From Antedon mediterranea (lineage: Eukaryota > Animalia > Echinodermata): 64,000 nucleotides of DNA. The first letter of the stretch is position 1. The number at the start of each line of letters is the position of its first letter. The stretch is from the NCBI RefSeq assembly GCF_964355755.1, contig NC_092672.1:36586437-36650436 (forward strand), read 5' to 3'. Under the pieces are notes generated by a model. It did no database searches. It was not told the DNA's origin and was given only the letters and a program-made list of their open reading frames with translations. The position numbers were made by a program, and so were the translations under genes. Positions 63,401 through 64,000 of the stretch are shown here, piece after piece.

Positions 63401-64000
63401 TTTAGAAAAATTCAACCTCGTTTCGCTAACGTTACAAGTAAATTACTTCGGAAATATTATAATTTGACCACTACCATTAGTTTTATATGATAATATGACC
63501 ACTGGAACTCGTTAAGCCACTTATTATGACTTGTATTGTTTTATAATGAGATATAACATATTGTTCCAGTTCTGTTATAATTGTGTTTTGAATAGAATTA
63601 ACTTATAATATGCTACAGTAATTGAGATCAAGTTAATCGTCTAAAGATTAAACTAATTCGCATTATTGCGGCCAATACACAGCTTAAAAAACAAATGTTC
63701 AAACAAAACAAACAACCATGTTGAACGCTGAACAAGGCGATATACATGGCTGCAGTCGCAAATTTGAGTCAGTGTTTACCGACCGACCAACTGACCAACC
63801 AACCAACCGACCGACATAGTGAGCTGTTAAAGTCGCGTTTGCACCTGACTAAAAATGGACCATTAACAATACCGTAATAACACACTTTCTAGTTGCATCA
63901 TACTCATTTTGAAAGTAATCAATCAGGACTAATAATAAATAAATATTGTTTAGTTCATAACTATAGTGCCCTACACACAATATTAGGCTCAACATTTATG

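Noticed and set aside
58700-64000. First coding exon(s) and signal peptide of the iGluR
   Set aside because: No convincing open exon with splice sites found by eye; probably beyond the window or too short to recognise.

Overview
AT-rich, intron-rich animal genomic DNA; the gene and repeat types suggest a marine invertebrate, possibly an echinoderm (inference). From left to right: (1) A 16-exon + strand gene (137..22063, 888 aa by my exon assembly) for a YMR196W-like / GH63 (MGH1-like) glycoside hydrolase. Its last 8.1-kb intron holds a 5S rRNA-headed SINE and a 3 x 1.5-kb tandem array. (2) A cluster of three small single-coding-exon + strand genes: two paralogues with an amphipathic N-terminus plus a Cys/His-rich C-terminal domain (23200, 30117), flanking a His/Glu-rich 11-mer amphipathic-helix protein (27536). 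Both paralogues keep an identically spaced NF-kB-like site and CCAAT box upstream. (3) A full-length 5.3-kb L2/CR1-group LINE on the - strand. Its ORF1 joins an RNase H1-type hybrid-binding domain, a coiled coil and an SGNH esterase; ORF2 has one nonsense mutation. (4) A 3.3-kb satellite built from two palindromic monomers. (5) The 3' part of a - strand ionotropic glutamate receptor gene (delta/phi-like), with candidate microexons and two possible C-termini. MITEs (Harbinger, hAT, Kolobok-like), DINE-1/Helentron-like elements, SINEs and minisatellites are abundant and often nested. All exon structures were read by eye from GT-AG sites and frame continuity; no database searches were run.
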